In this document: positions 1 through 10,241 of the stretch, piece by piece
Layout: each line of letters opens with the position of its first letter
How positions within the stretch are numbered: the stretch's first letter is position 1
DNA from: Treponemataceae bacterium
GTDB taxonomy: Bacteria; Spirochaetota; Spirochaetia; Treponematales; Rectinemataceae
Assembly (NCBI GenBank): GCA_963677895.2
Contig: CAXXGJ010000021.1
Coordinates: 32,001 to 96,000, forward strand
Length of the DNA stretch: 64,000 nucleotides
Direction: 5' to 3'
The notes under the pieces: model-generated
What the model saw: the letters and a program-made list of their open reading frames with translations, nothing else
What the model was told of the DNA's origin: nothing
Databases searched by the model: none
Translations under genes and position numbers: made by a program

Positions 1-2
1 CG

Positions 3-353
3 ACGGATTACAGGCTCCTGCGCCGCATGGTGAGAGATCACAATTTTAGAGGCCACAGCGCGAGGGCGACGCTCGCAATGTGGCCTTCGGTGCAGCGAGG
101 CGAACGCGCCCATATCTTTCCCTTTCAGAATTCCGCGGACGCGGCGCTGAATTCCGCCCTGGACTATGAATTGGGCGTGCTGAAGATATTCGCCGATCCC
201 CTCCTCCGCACGATCAAGCCCAGCATGCCCGAATACACCGAAGCCAGGCGGATACAGGCTTTCCTCGATAACTTCACGCCCATTCCCGCCCAGTACGTGC
301 CCAAGGACTCCACGCTGCGCGAGTTCATCGGAGAGTCGGCCTTCCATTATTAA
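3..353 (+). CDS. Nucleoside/uridine kinase family protein, C-terminal part (truncated at window start)
   Basis: Frame open from position 3 (TDYRLLRRMVRD...WPSV..GE..HIFPFQ..AD...NSALDYEL), typical of the PRK/uridine-kinase C-terminus. Confidence 0.8.
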   Translation, partial: TDYRLLRRMVRDHNFRGHSARATLAMWPSVQRGERAHIFPFQNSADAALNSALDYELGVLKIFADPLLRTIKPSMPEYTEARRIQAFLDNFTPIPAQYVPKDSTLREFIGESAFHY

Positions 354-381
354 GCGCTCCGACACTATTCGCCGCTGACAA

Positions 382-420
382 GAAGGGCCGCCCCCGATTT
401 CCAATCGGGGGCGGCCCTTC
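382..420. terminator. Strong inverted repeat between convergent genes, probable terminator
   Basis: gaagggccgcccccgatt-tcc-aatcgggggcggcccttc, perfect 18-bp stem. Confidence 0.75.
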
Positions 421-447
421 CCTTGCCCAAAAAACGCTCAGTCTTCT

Positions 448-1374
448 TTAGGCGTACATTTTTCCGTATTCCGCCGCTTCCTTTTCGTTGGCCAGGACGA
501 AGTGCCCCGGGAAAAGCTCGCGCCAGCTGGGCTTGTCGACGCTGTAATCGTGCATGGACTGGTCGTACACGAGGAGGGTCTTGTTCTTCTCGATATCGGG
601 ATCGGGCATCGGAACGGCCGAGAGAAGCGACCTCGTGTAGGGATGCAGGGGCCTCGCGAAAAGTTCCTCGGTTTCGGCAAGCTCCTTGAGCTCCCCCTGG
701 TGTATGACGGCGATCCTGTCCGCGAAATAGCGGACGACGGTGAGGTCGTGGGCGATGAAGAGGTAGGAGAGTCCGTGTTCCTGCTTGAGATCGCGTAGAA
801 GGTTGAGCACCTGAGCCCTGATCGAGACATCCAGGGCCGATATGGGCTCGTCGGCGATGATGAACTTGGGCTCCATGGCGAGCACCCGCGCAATGCAGAT
901 GCGCTGCCGCTGGCCGCCTGAGAATTCGTGCGGATAGCGTTCGGCGTGCTCCTCGAGGAGTCCGACGTCGTTCAGCGCCTTGAAGACCTTGTCGCGGCGC
1001 TCGTTCTCGTCCTTGAAGAGGTTGAAGTTGTACAGCCCCTCCGAGACGATATAGTCGATAGTGGCCCGCTCGTTGAGGGAAGCCATCGGGTCCTGGAATA
1101 TCATCTGGATATTGCGGATGACGTAGGTGTCCAGGTCCTTCGCGATCACGCCTGATATTTTCTTGTCCTGAAAGTAAATGTCGCCCTTCGTGGCGGGGTT
1201 GATCCTGATGATCGTGCGGCCTATCGTCGTCTTGCCTGATCCCGATTCGCCCACGAGGGCAAAGGATTCGCCCTCGTATATGTCGAAACTGACGTTCTTC
1301 ACCGCGGTGAAGCTTTCATGGCCGTTCTTGAAGGTGACTTCCAGGTCCTTGACGGACAGGATTTTTTTGTTCAT
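448..1374 (-). CDS. oppF: Oligopeptide ABC transporter ATP-binding protein (OppF/AmiF)
   Basis: Walker [29 protein letters not shown]; start MNKKIL after a ggagg SD. Confidence 0.93.
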   Translation of the reverse strand: MNKKILSVKDLEVTFKNGHESFTAVKNVSFDIYEGESFALVGESGSGKTTIGRTIIRINPATKGDIYFQDKKISGVIAKDLDTYVIRNIQMIFQDPMASLNERATIDYIVSEGLYNFNLFKDENERRDKVFKALNDVGLLEEHAERYPHEFSGGQRQRICIARVLAMEPKFIIADEPISALDVSIRAQVLNLLRDLKQEHGLSYLFIAHDLTVVRYFADRIAVIHQGELKELAETEELFARPLHPYTRSLLSAVPMPDPDIEKNKTLLVYDQSMHDYSVDKPSWRELFPGHFVLANEKEAAEYGKMYA

Positions 1375-2440
1375 TTGGAGGCCTCCGCGAGCTTTTCGGT
1401 GTAGATCTTCCCCTTTTTTCTCATGAGTTTCACTGCTTCGGGGGGATCGGCCGCGGGAGCCTTGGAATCGAGGAGCCAAGTCTTGGCGAAGTGCGTGGGG
1501 CTGACCTGGAAGAAGGGAGGTTCCTCTTCGAAGTCGATATTGAGAGCGTAGTGATTTCTCGGCGCGAAGGCGTCGCCTTTGATTTCGTTGAACAGTGTCG
1601 GGGGCGTGCCGGGAATCGCGAAGAGCGGCTCATTCTTCCTGGCCAGGGTCGGGAGGCTGGAGATCAGCGCCCAGGTATAGGGATGGCGCGGATCGTAGAA
1701 CAATTCCCTGACCGTTCCATATTCGACGATCTGGCCGGCGTACATGACGGCGACCCGGTCCGCCACGTTGGCCACGACGCCGAGGTCGTGCGTGATATAG
1801 ATGGTCGTGAAGCCGTATTCTTTCTGGAGAAACCTGATGAGATCGAGAATCTGGGCCTGGATCGTCACGTCGAGGGCAGTCGTCGGCTCGTCGCATATGA
1901 GAATGCGCGGCTTGCAGGCCAGGGCGATGGCGATGACGATTCTCTGGCGCATGCCGCCAGAGTACTGGAAGGGATAGTCGTAGAAACGTTTCCCCACATC
2001 CTTGATGCCCACCTTTTCCATGAGCGTGAGGGCTATTTTCTTGGCTTCTTCCTTCGGAAGTTTCTGGTGCTTCTCGATGACTTCGGTTATCTGTACCCCA
2101 ATCTTTTTAAGCGGATTGAGGCTGGTCATGGGATCCTGGAAAACCGTGGCTATCTTGGCTCCCCTGATCGCCTCCCAGTCTTTGTCCGTTTTTATATCGA
2201 GAAGGTTGCGTCCCTCGAACTCGATGCGGCCGCCGGAATCCTGCCGTTCGTCTCCAGCATGCCGGTAAAGGTCTTGGTCAGGACTGTCTTCCCCGATCCC
2301 GACTCGCCAACGATGGCGAGCGTCTCGCCGTCATAGAGATCGAGTGACACTGAACGTATCGCGGTAAGTTCCTTGTTGCGAACCCTGAATTTGACGACCA
2401 GATCCTTCACCTGAAGGATGGGGGTTTTTTCTTCGCTCAT
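1371..2440 (-). CDS. oppD: Oligopeptide ABC transporter ATP-binding protein (OppD/AmiE), one frameshift near 2236
   Basis: N-part MSEEKTP...GESGSGKT (ORF 2192-2485) joins C-part [10 protein letters not shown]...SGGMRQR...DEPTTALD (ORF 1371-2129) if one base is restored. Confidence 0.9.
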
Positions 2441-2450
2441 CTTCCACCTC

Positions 2451-3377
2451 CTATCGGTGAGTTCTGGGGTCGGATGCGTCGGCAAAAAGCTGACCGACCA
2501 CGTAGAATGAAATCGTGACGAGCCCCATCACGATGCCCGGGAATAAGATCATATGAGGATAGGTGTCAACGAAGGACCAGTAGACGTCGATCATCCTGCC
2601 CAGGGAGGGATAGGTCGAGGGAAGACCAATGCCAAGGTAGGACAGCACCGTTTCCGTGTTGATGAGTCCGGGGATCTCCTGATACACGAGGGTGGCTATC
2701 ACCGAAACCATGTAAGGCAGGATGTTGCGGGTAACCATCCTCTTGAGCGGGGTTCCGAGACAGCGGGACGCGAGGTTGTATTCCCTGTCGCGGATGATCA
2801 TGACCTGGGTTCGGATGAAGAAGGCTATGCCCAGCCAGCCCGTTATGGTCATAGCCAGCACCATCTGCCAGAAACCCCTGCCGAATATGTACATGAGCAT
2901 CATCGAGCGGAGGATATAAGGTACATTTGATAAGATATTGTATACAGCCAGTAATATGGGATCGATTCGTTTCGAATAACCCCAAACCGCTCCAATCATG
3001 ATGCCGATAGCAATATTGATTGCAGCGGCAATGAAGGCTATCGACAAAGATGTTCGAGTAGTACCTGCCCACACAACATCAAAGAGATCATTACCCCGAT
3101 CATCTGTTCCGAATAAGTGTTCGATCGATGGTTTTTGGTACCATGTTGTCGGTTTATTGATATTAGGTGCAGAGCCAGGATCATAGCCTGATAAAAGCGG
3201 CTGTATAAAAGACATGATGGTGAGACTTAATAGGAGGACAAGCCAAAATATTGCCGTCTTACGCCTGAAAAAAGTCTGAAAAACTGATTTCCAATAGGAA
3301 TAGCGCGGACCAGCAATACGTTCCGACTTGAGAATATCGAAAGCTGCAAAAGCAAATTTTTCAACAGTGTTGGCCAT
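2451..3377 (-). CDS. oppC: Oligopeptide ABC transporter permease (OppC/AmiD)
   Basis: YSYWKSVF, FGTD..G.DLF, EYNLASRCLG, C-terminal ADASDPRTHR as in streptococcal AmiD. Confidence 0.92.
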   Translation of the reverse strand: MANTVEKFAFAAFDILKSERIAGPRYSYWKSVFQTFFRRKTAIFWLVLLLSLTIMSFIQPLLSGYDPGSAPNINKPTTWYQKPSIEHLFGTDDRGNDLFDVVWAGTTRTSLSIAFIAAAINIAIGIMIGAVWGYSKRIDPILLAVYNILSNVPYILRSMMLMYIFGRGFWQMVLAMTITGWLGIAFFIRTQVMIIRDREYNLASRCLGTPLKRMVTRNILPYMVSVIATLVYQEIPGLINTETVLSYLGIGLPSTYPSLGRMIDVYWSFVDTYPHMILFPGIVMGLVTISFYVVGQLFADASDPRTHR

Positions 3378-3379
3378 TT

Positions 3380-4882
3380 TTACCTCGCTTCCTTTTTGAC
3401 CGCCAGGCTTATGCGGGGATCCACAAAAGTGACCAAAACATCACCGATGAATATGGCAAAGATTGATATTACTGTGAAGATGAAAGTCAACGCGATGATC
3501 ATCGAGTTATTATAGTCCGAAATTGAACTAGGAAACATTTTCCCCATACCAGGTACAGCGTAAAACTCTCAGTGATTAAGGCTCCTGCGAGTGTCCCAAT
3601 GACAGCCATGGGTATAGAATGAACCACAGGGATAAGAGCATTCCTTAATATATGCTTAAAGAAAACTTCACTCTGGGAAAGCCCTTTGGACCTTGAAAAC
3701 TTTACATAATCAGAGTTCATCTGGTCGACCATATAGCGCCTGATCCAGAGTGCCTCACTTGCGATACTGCCCAAAGAGAGAGAAATTGTTGGTAGAATAT
3801 ATGAAAGGAAGTTATGCGATCCCATAAATGGAAATTTGTCCGGCAAGCCAAGAACTTCATGCCAAATCGCGCAAAAAGAGCTATATACAACAAGGTTGGT
3901 ATAGAGCTTATAAAGACGATGTAAGCCATAGTTAACCTATCGAATAGCTTGTCCTTTTTCATAGCAGAGATAACACCGAAGGTGAGACCGATTGCAAGCG
4001 ATAACACAAGAGAATACATGCCTATAGTAAGCTTGTACCCAGCATCGATGCATCCTCGTAAATATTATTGCCCGATGCATAATGATCATCGTACTTGTTC
4101 AGATCCATCCTGTCGAGCATTGGTTTATATTTTAGGCTGTGCTCGTCTATTGATGTATAAAATGTCGACTCCTGGCCATTTAAAGTAATTTTTACTTCCC
4201 GCCGTGTTGTTCTCCCTTGACCTTGACCAATTACTTCGAGGACTGGGACCCCTTCATAGGTTGGGTAGGATTTCCCCATATTAAGTTTTATTACATTCTG
4301 ATGTATGAAAGGAAACCTGCTGTCTGTCCATATTTGATATTTGTATTTTGTACCCGATGCAGCCAAAGCGAGTGCGCCGCTCCAGTCCTTTGTAAAATAA
4401 TATCCCCGTTTCAAGCCAAGATTGTCTGGATCCTGAATTCGATTTATCGTATCGATTTCCACTAGATCGGCATACCATCGAACTACCCTGGTTAGGAGAG
4501 GTACATCTTTAGCAGCAAACAGGTATCCGGTTACTGGTTGTTCCATCACAGAATACCCCTTTCTTGAGAGATCGGCTCTAAATTTCTCAAAGAAGGAGGA
4601 ACCCTTTAATAAAGCTGTGCTAACCTCAGGAGAATTAAGACCAAATAGTGATTGGGCGTATTCTTTTTGTGTTACATAATCCAGATACCCAAGGCTTTCC
4701 CATATCCGGTATTTGTAATCGATGTATTCGTTAGGTTTCGACTGCAATTTTGGAAGATTTTGGTCACCTTTGAAAACCAATTGTCGAGGAACGCAAGAAT
4801 ATACAAGAAACACTGTTAAGGTTGACACAATCAATACAGAAAATATCGATTGTAAAATTCGCTTAAACACATAGCCTTTCAT
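3380..4882 (-). CDS. oppB: Oligopeptide ABC transporter permease (OppB/AmiC-type, large extracytoplasmic loop); three frameshifts (~4030, ~3849, ~3565)
   Basis: MKGYVFKRILQSIFS... start; DYVKFSRSKGLS...KHILRNA; GMGK; ends FVDPRISLAVKKEAR*; stitched from ORFs 4022-4924, 3717-4019, 3499-3846 and a final frame. Confidence 0.85.
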
Positions 4883-4931
4883 GAAACCCCGCAATCCTTT
4901 CATCACGAACGAGTGCTTGACCATTCACATA

Positions 4932-4958
4932 ATTATATTTGGCAAAAAAGAAAGTCAA
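4932..4958 (-). promoter_or_regulatory. Putative internal sigma-70 promoter for oppB-C-D-F
   Basis: TTGACT-N15-TATAAT on the minus strand; the spacer contains a T-run and may be under-called. Confidence 0.5.
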
Positions 4959-5122
4959 AGACTCGCATGATGATCGAAAAATGGTATTCTCCACTTGTTC
5001 CCCATGGAGGATTCTAATATTCGTCAAAAGTATATCTGAAAGCATCCAACAGTGCAACAAAACAGTACTCGTTGGGACAATCGAATAAAAATGCATAAAT
5101 ATTAGATTACAGTTATAATTAG

Positions 5123-5157
5123 AAAAGGGCTGCCCGCATCAGTATTGCAGACAGCCC
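5123..5157 (-). terminator. Hairpin plus U-tract downstream of oppA
   Basis: Minus strand gggctgtctgc...gcgggcagccc-tttt. Confidence 0.6.
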
Positions 5158-5198
5158 CCCATTATGGAATCACGTAAACTACATGTATTATCTATCTA

Positions 5199-7176
5199 TT
5201 ATTTCTTATCGTTAAGCTTTTTATATGCAACCGCTTTTTCCTTCTCCCACTGAGCCTTGGCTTTATCACGTTCTGCTACGGTAATTACTTTATCGCCTAC
5301 GATGACTCCTTTGAATTTGTACTCATCGCTTCCATAAGCGGCGAAAGGTACTGTATAGGGCACTACACGGGAAACAACAAAAGTACCACCGCTCGACATC
5401 CAAGGTAAAACAACTGCATCGTCAATAATTTGAGCTTCAGCTTCGGCGAATAGCTTGAATCGCTTCATCTGGTCGTTATAAATTTCATTAGCGGCTTCAA
5501 CTTTCTTCGCATAATCGTAAAGGCCGATGGTAGTCGCAGCAACCTTATCCGAACCTTCATCAACAGCATCCAGACCAAGGTATTGAAGCATCGCACCTTT
5601 GTAGTTTCCGGGTTCAAGAGTCTGGAGGAAGGTATAGGGATCGCCATAGTCAGGACCCCAACCCGTGTAGTTACCGAGATCAAAGTTGGACTGAGCTCCG
5701 GTTTCAGCGAAATAGGTAGAAGCGTAAAAATTGTCTTCGTCTGCCTCGATGATGTTGATCTTTATGACATTAACTCCGAACAGAGCTTCCAGTCCAGCCT
5801 TGAGAGACTGATCCATCTTGAGTCCCTTGGTTAAGTTAACATCATCTATCATGTCCAGTTCTATCGGGAATTTTACTCCTTTGCCGTCAGTTCAGCTCGC
5901 GCTTTGGCCATATAGGCCTTCGCCTTGGTTGGGTTATAGTAGGGATCTTGAGCATCGTCTGTCTTGAATGCTGCGGGGAAATCGGCAGGATTACGGGCTT
6001 TGAGTGCGGCTTCGACGTACTTCGCATAATCCTTGCCAGTTTTATCAGCGCTGAGGTCAGGGGGAGTCCAAGTATTGCGAAGATTGGCGAATTTGTTCAT
6101 CTCGCCATTCCGTTGTGCAAGGATTGCTGTTCTTTCAATTCCGAAGAAAAGCGCTTTTCTGAAGTTTCTATTCAGAACGGCTATCTTGGTATCGGCTTTA
6201 GCTTTTTCGGACTTAGGCGATACTCCCTTAGTGGGATCAGCTGTAGAAGCGAAAGCGTTGCGGTCAAAATTGAAAGTATACATATAGGTCGTGGAATTCT
6301 GCTTGCCCCTATAGATATTATCTTTGTATTTAGCTTGGGCATTGGCAAAGAAAGCTTCGTTATCGGTGTAGAGCGGAGCAGCGACGAAAGTGCCGGCATC
6401 AAAGTTGCTGAATAAGGAGTTTGGATCCTTGCCATCGTAGTAAACCCATTTCACATGCTGGATATAGACATGAGCCTTATCCCAATATGTCGGATTGGGA
6501 TCATACTCGATCACCGACTTTGAGGTGAAGTTCGTGAGGATATAGGCACCGTTGTAAAGTATACTATTCTTTTCTGGCTTGCCGAAATCCTTGCCTTTGG
6601 ATGCGAGGAACTCGCCGTTTACCGGCCAATATGCATTATAGGTGAGTAGGGTGTCGAAGAAGGAAACGGGCTTTTCGAGGGTGTATTCGAGACATAGTCG
6701 CTTTTAGCCTTTACACCAACAGCTGTAAAATCAGTAACCTTTCCAGCTCCGTATTCGGCAGCGTTCTTAACCCATCCTTCATAGAGATAACTAAGCTGAC
6801 TCTTAATGTCGAGCATGTATTTCATCGCATCGACCCAGTCTTGCGCTTTCACATCCGCATAGACTTCAAAATCGCCAGTCATCCATTTCACACCCTTGCG
6901 AATATTGAACGTCCAGACTGTATAATCTTTGTTTGCTGTCCAGCTTTCAGCAAGCGCTGGCCTTAGAATACCATATTTATCATGTTCAACTAAACCCTCA
7001 ATAAAGTTTGCCGTGTGATAGGAATTTGTCGCGCGAGAATCATTAAGGTAGTTCATTGAGCGAATGTCAGTACCGAAGTACGTGACGTAGTCCTTCGATT
7101 TTGGGGTAGCGGCGCCCGCGGTGCCTGCGAAAAGCACAGCGAGGACGGCTACTGCTAATAAAGTTTTCTTCAGCAT
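5199..7176 (-). CDS. oppA: Oligopeptide-binding protein (OppA, AmiA/AliA-type); two frameshifts (~6690, ~5878)
   Basis: Signal peptide MLKKTLLAVAVLAVLFAGTAGA; EGLVEHDKYG..PALAESW, IRKGVKW, V.AQDWV, LYNGAYIL, WGPDYGDPYTFL; stitched from three ORFs. Confidence 0.88.
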
Positions 7177-7391
7177 TTCTGCCTCCCGATGATATCCACT
7201 TGCGTGGATTTCGATTTTTTCGCCATCCATCACGTGCCATGATGGCGATGTATATCCCTATTCATTCTTATCACTTTATCTTCACAAGTCAACAGCTGAT
7301 AGAACGAAAGTACGCTCAAGGCGATGGCGGAAAGGCTGTACCTTTTCAGAGTTTTGGATAATAGTAAGGTAGTTTCGTCTCAGGAAGATAG

Positions 7392-7931
7392 ATGATGACA
7401 AGCATGCGACCGAAAGCGCCCGCCTCCGGTAAAAAGCCTCCCCTGCCGCTTTCCCTGGCGCTTACGGCCTTCATATGCGCCGTGGGGATTGTCGCGGCTT
7501 ACCTTAAAAGAACGGCCAATTTCAGCATCGCGTTCGGCGACGCGTTGATGATTGGCGCCTTCGCGATGTTCGGACTTTCCTGGGTCGGATACCTTAAAAA
7601 GGACGGCATACGGTTCATTCCGCCGCGGAAGTCCTCCGACGCGAAGACCGCGGAATCGTGGGTGGATCGAGTGCCTTCCCTGGGGGAAGCCCCCTCCCCG
7701 CCTCCTCCGATCCCCGGAGCGGAAGGTCCTGACAGCGGCGATTATCAGCGTCTCGCCGAGGTGGAAAACCGCTTGAGGGAAAAAATTCTGGGTCGGGATC
7801 CGGAAGGGGATGAAAAAGCGACATCTTCATCGAAAAACCAGGGGTTCGCGAAAAGCAGCGCCGCATCCGGCCTCATGCTCATGATTCTCGCCCTTTGCTT
7901 CGAGTACCTCCTCCCCCTGCTGTCGCATTGA
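7392..7931 (+). CDS. Hypothetical membrane protein (3 TM segments, Pro-rich linker)
   Basis: 179-aa ORF with SD (agga), two N-terminal and one C-terminal hydrophobic helices. Confidence 0.6.
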   Translation: MMTSMRPKAPASGKKPPLPLSLALTAFICAVGIVAAYLKRTANFSIAFGDALMIGAFAMFGLSWVGYLKKDGIRFIPPRKSSDAKTAESWVDRVPSLGEAPSPPPPIPGAEGPDSGDYQRLAEVENRLREKILGRDPEGDEKATSSSKNQGFAKSSAASGLMLMILALCFEYLLPLLSH

Positions 7932-7939
7932 AACCGATT

Positions 7940-8458
7940 CTAGCCATTCCGCCGCTTTTTGAGGGAATGCGCAAGATACAGGATGAAGGAGAGAGGGTAG
8001 CCGCCCACGGCGAGAAGGATCGGCAGCTGCATGCTGAGATCGTAATCGTAGATGGGACCCTTAAGGACAGTCCGCGGCCCCACCTTCATTTGATATATGA
8101 TCATTATGGCTGAGAATCCCAGCCCCAAGCCGATCGCCAGCCAGCCCAGCCCCTTCGCGGCGGTAAAGGTTCCGGCGTTTTCCGTCGCCAGGGAAACGCC
8201 CAGGAGGAGTCCACAGGCGAAAGTAACGGCTATGATGGCGGTATCGATGGCCAAGGCGCTGAGAATCAGGACATGCATCACATCGGCGTCCTGTGCCGGC
8301 GCCACGGATTGCTGTTCAGCCGTCCACCGGCGCGCCGTGCGCCATGCCCTGTAGTGTTCGGATGTGTCGATCGTGGCGAAAACAGCGAAAAAGGCGCATG
8401 CGGAAGCCAAAATGAGGAGAGCCTTGGCGCTGGTATGATATGACACTCGAGTCTCCAT
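7940..8458 (-). CDS. Hypothetical membrane protein (about 4 TM segments), probably leaderless
   Basis: 172-aa ORF with four hydrophobic stretches; -10 box lies 6 nt upstream of the ATG. Confidence 0.65.
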   Translation of the reverse strand: METRVSYHTSAKALLILASACAFFAVFATIDTSEHYRAWRTARRWTAEQQSVAPAQDADVMHVLILSALAIDTAIIAVTFACGLLLGVSLATENAGTFTAAKGLGWLAIGLGLGFSAIMIIYQMKVGPRTVLKGPIYDYDLSMQLPILLAVGGYPLSFILYLAHSLKKRRNG

Positions 8459-8464
8459 ACTGCA

Positions 8465-8493
8465 ACTATACGATGAGCGGGGCCGCGACGCAA
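8465..8493 (-). promoter_or_regulatory. Sigma-70 promoter directly upstream of ATG 8458
   Basis: TTGCGT-N17-TATAGT-N6-ATG. Confidence 0.6.
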
Positions 8494-8512
8494 CGATGCC
8501 GCGGCCCCGCTC
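8475..8512. terminator. GC-rich hairpin downstream of malic enzyme
   Basis: gagcggggccgcg...cgcggccccgctc, 13-bp stem; the T-rich tail is on the + side. Confidence 0.55.
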
Positions 8513-8539
8513 TTCTTTATGCCTGGTTAGGCAGGCAGT

Positions 8540-8605
8540 TCAGCGCACTTTGGCGAAAGCCTCAGCGCACCTCGGCGATTGCCTCAGCGCACCTCGGCAA
8601 TGGCC
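8540..8605. repeat. Three imperfect 22-bp tandem copies of the malic enzyme 3' end
   Basis: tcagcgcactttggcgaaagcc / tcagcgcacctcggcgattgcc / tcagcgcacctcggcaatggcc. Confidence 0.85.
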
Positions 8606-10035
8606 TCGTCGAGCATCTGCTGGAGCATCGCCTGGGGCGGTTCCTTGATATAGCCCATGGCCATCATGTCCTTGGTCAAATTCCTCGAGGCGGCGATGTC
8701 GGTCATGGCCTTGTCGTAGACTTCCTGCCATGTCGCCTGTACCCTGGCCACGCCCTCGGCGATGGCCTGCATGGCGACGTCCGCGGCTTCCACGGCGAAA
8801 ACCTCGGTCTCGGACATGGTCGCGACGATGTTGTCGGGCGTGATGCCCCGCTTCTTGGCGAAATCCGCGAGGGAGTGGGCGCAGCGTATGGCCATGCCAT
8901 CGGTGATCTTGCGGGCGCGCACCGCGAGGGCTCCCTTGAGAATGCCGGGGAAGCAGACGGAGTTGTTCACCTGGTTGGGGAAGTCGCCGCGGCCGGTGGC
9001 CACTATGAAAGCGCCCTCTTCCTTGGCCGCGTAGGGCCAGATCTCAGGCACGGGGTTGGCGCAGCAGAAGACGATGGACTTGGGCGCCATCGATCGCACC
9101 CATTCGCGTTTGACGGTGTCGGGACCGGGGGTTGAGAGGGCTATGAGGACATCGGCGCCCTTGAGGGCTTCGGCTTCCGTGGCGACGCGCTTCGGGTTCG
9201 TGGCCTGGCAGAGCTCCCATTTCCTGTAGAGCCTCGGGTCTGCCTCGATGTCCTTGCGGCCCGCGTGGAGCGAACCTTTCGTGTCGAACATCACCATGTT
9301 CTCGCCCTTGCCACCATCGGTCATGATGAGGCGGGCGATGGTCGTGTTGGAAGCGCCGGCGCCCAGAAGGACGATTTTCGCCTCCGAAAGCTTTTTGCCA
9401 GCGAGAGAAAGGGCGTTGAGAAGTCCCGCCAGGGTGACGGAGGCGGTGCCCTGGGCATCGTCGTGCCATACGGGGATGTCGCAGGATTCGCGCAGCTCGT
9501 CCAGGACCTTGTAGCAGTTGGGCTGGCTGATATCCTCGAGGTTGACCGCTCCCACCGAGGGCTGGAGCATTTTCACGAATTCGATGATCTTGTCGGGGTC
9601 GTGCTTGCCGTCTTTGCCCCGTGAATCGACGCAGAGGGCGATGCAGTCGACGCCGCCCAAATATTTCATGAGGAAGGCTTTTCCTTCCATGACGCCCAAG
9701 CCCCCCGGGGGCGTACAGTCGCCGTCGCCCAGGACGCGGGTGGAATCGGAAACTACGGCGACGAGATTGCCCCTGTTGGAAAGGGCGAAGGATTCGTCGT
9801 TGTTGTCGCGTATCGTCGTGGAAACCTTGGAAACGCCAGGGGTATACCAGACATTGAACCAGTTAAAACCATAGACGCCGGCCTTGGGCACGGTCTGCAT
9901 TTTACCGCCGTAGAACTTGTGCGCCTGAATCGAGAGCTTCTTGAGAAAGAGGGTCTGGGCGCGGGCTTTCTGGTCTTGGGTAAAGTCTTCGGGGAAGGCT
10001 TTGGAAAGGTTGGAGAGACTCAATTCCAACTTCAT
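8584..10035 (-). CDS. NAD(P)-dependent malic enzyme (no PTA fusion)
   Basis: YTPGV, VSDSTRVLGDGD, VMEGKA, NLEDI, HDDAQGTA, GAGAS, ANPVPEI, ATGRGDFPNQVNN..FPGI. Confidence 0.93.
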   Translation of the reverse strand: MKLELSLSNLSKAFPEDFTQDQKARAQTLFLKKLSIQAHKFYGGKMQTVPKAGVYGFNWFNVWYTPGVSKVSTTIRDNNDESFALSNRGNLVAVVSDSTRVLGDGDCTPPGGLGVMEGKAFLMKYLGGVDCIALCVDSRGKDGKHDPDKIIEFVKMLQPSVGAVNLEDISQPNCYKVLDELRESCDIPVWHDDAQGTASVTLAGLLNALSLAGKKLSEAKIVLLGAGASNTTIARLIMTDGGKGENMVMFDTKGSLHAGRKDIEADPRLYRKWELCQATNPKRVATEAEALKGADVLIALSTPGPDTVKREWVRSMAPKSIVFCCANPVPEIWPYAAKEEGAFIVATGRGDFPNQVNNSVCFPGILKGALAVRARKITDGMAIRCAHSLADFAKKRGITPDNIVATMSETEVFAVEAADVAMQAIAEGVARVQATWQEVYDKAMTDIAASRNLTKDMMAMGYIKEPPQAMLQQMLDEAIAEVR

Positions 10036-10169
10036 TAAGGTACCGTCCTTGTCAAATGGTTTGAGGAATGCGCGTAGCGCGCGAGCCTTTATATAGTATC
10101 ATACGCATACCCGCGTCACAAGGATTATTCTGACTTCCCGAAGCGTAATTGGATAATTTTCTACCAAAT

Positions 10170-10200
10170 AAAAGCCGCCCGAGAATTAACCCGGGCGGCC
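10170..10200 (-). terminator. Intrinsic terminator after the DHOD-like gene
   Basis: Minus strand gccgcccggg-ttaatt-ctcgggcggc-tttt. Confidence 0.75.
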
Positions 10201-10241
10201 TGCGGCGATGCTGATGGAGAAAGCGTTCATCGCGCCATGGA

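Noticed and set aside
4863..5096. 77-aa ORF in the oppA-oppB spacer (possible peptide pheromone)
   Set aside because: No SD, overlaps the oppB promoter and start, and has no signal-peptide or pheromone-like features
2915..7075. Genomic island or mobile element
   Set aside because: No integrase, transposase, tRNA or flanking direct repeats; the edges lie in-frame within genes
8540..8605. CRISPR-like repeats
   Set aside because: The units are directly adjacent with no spacers and derive from the gene end; no cas genes in the window
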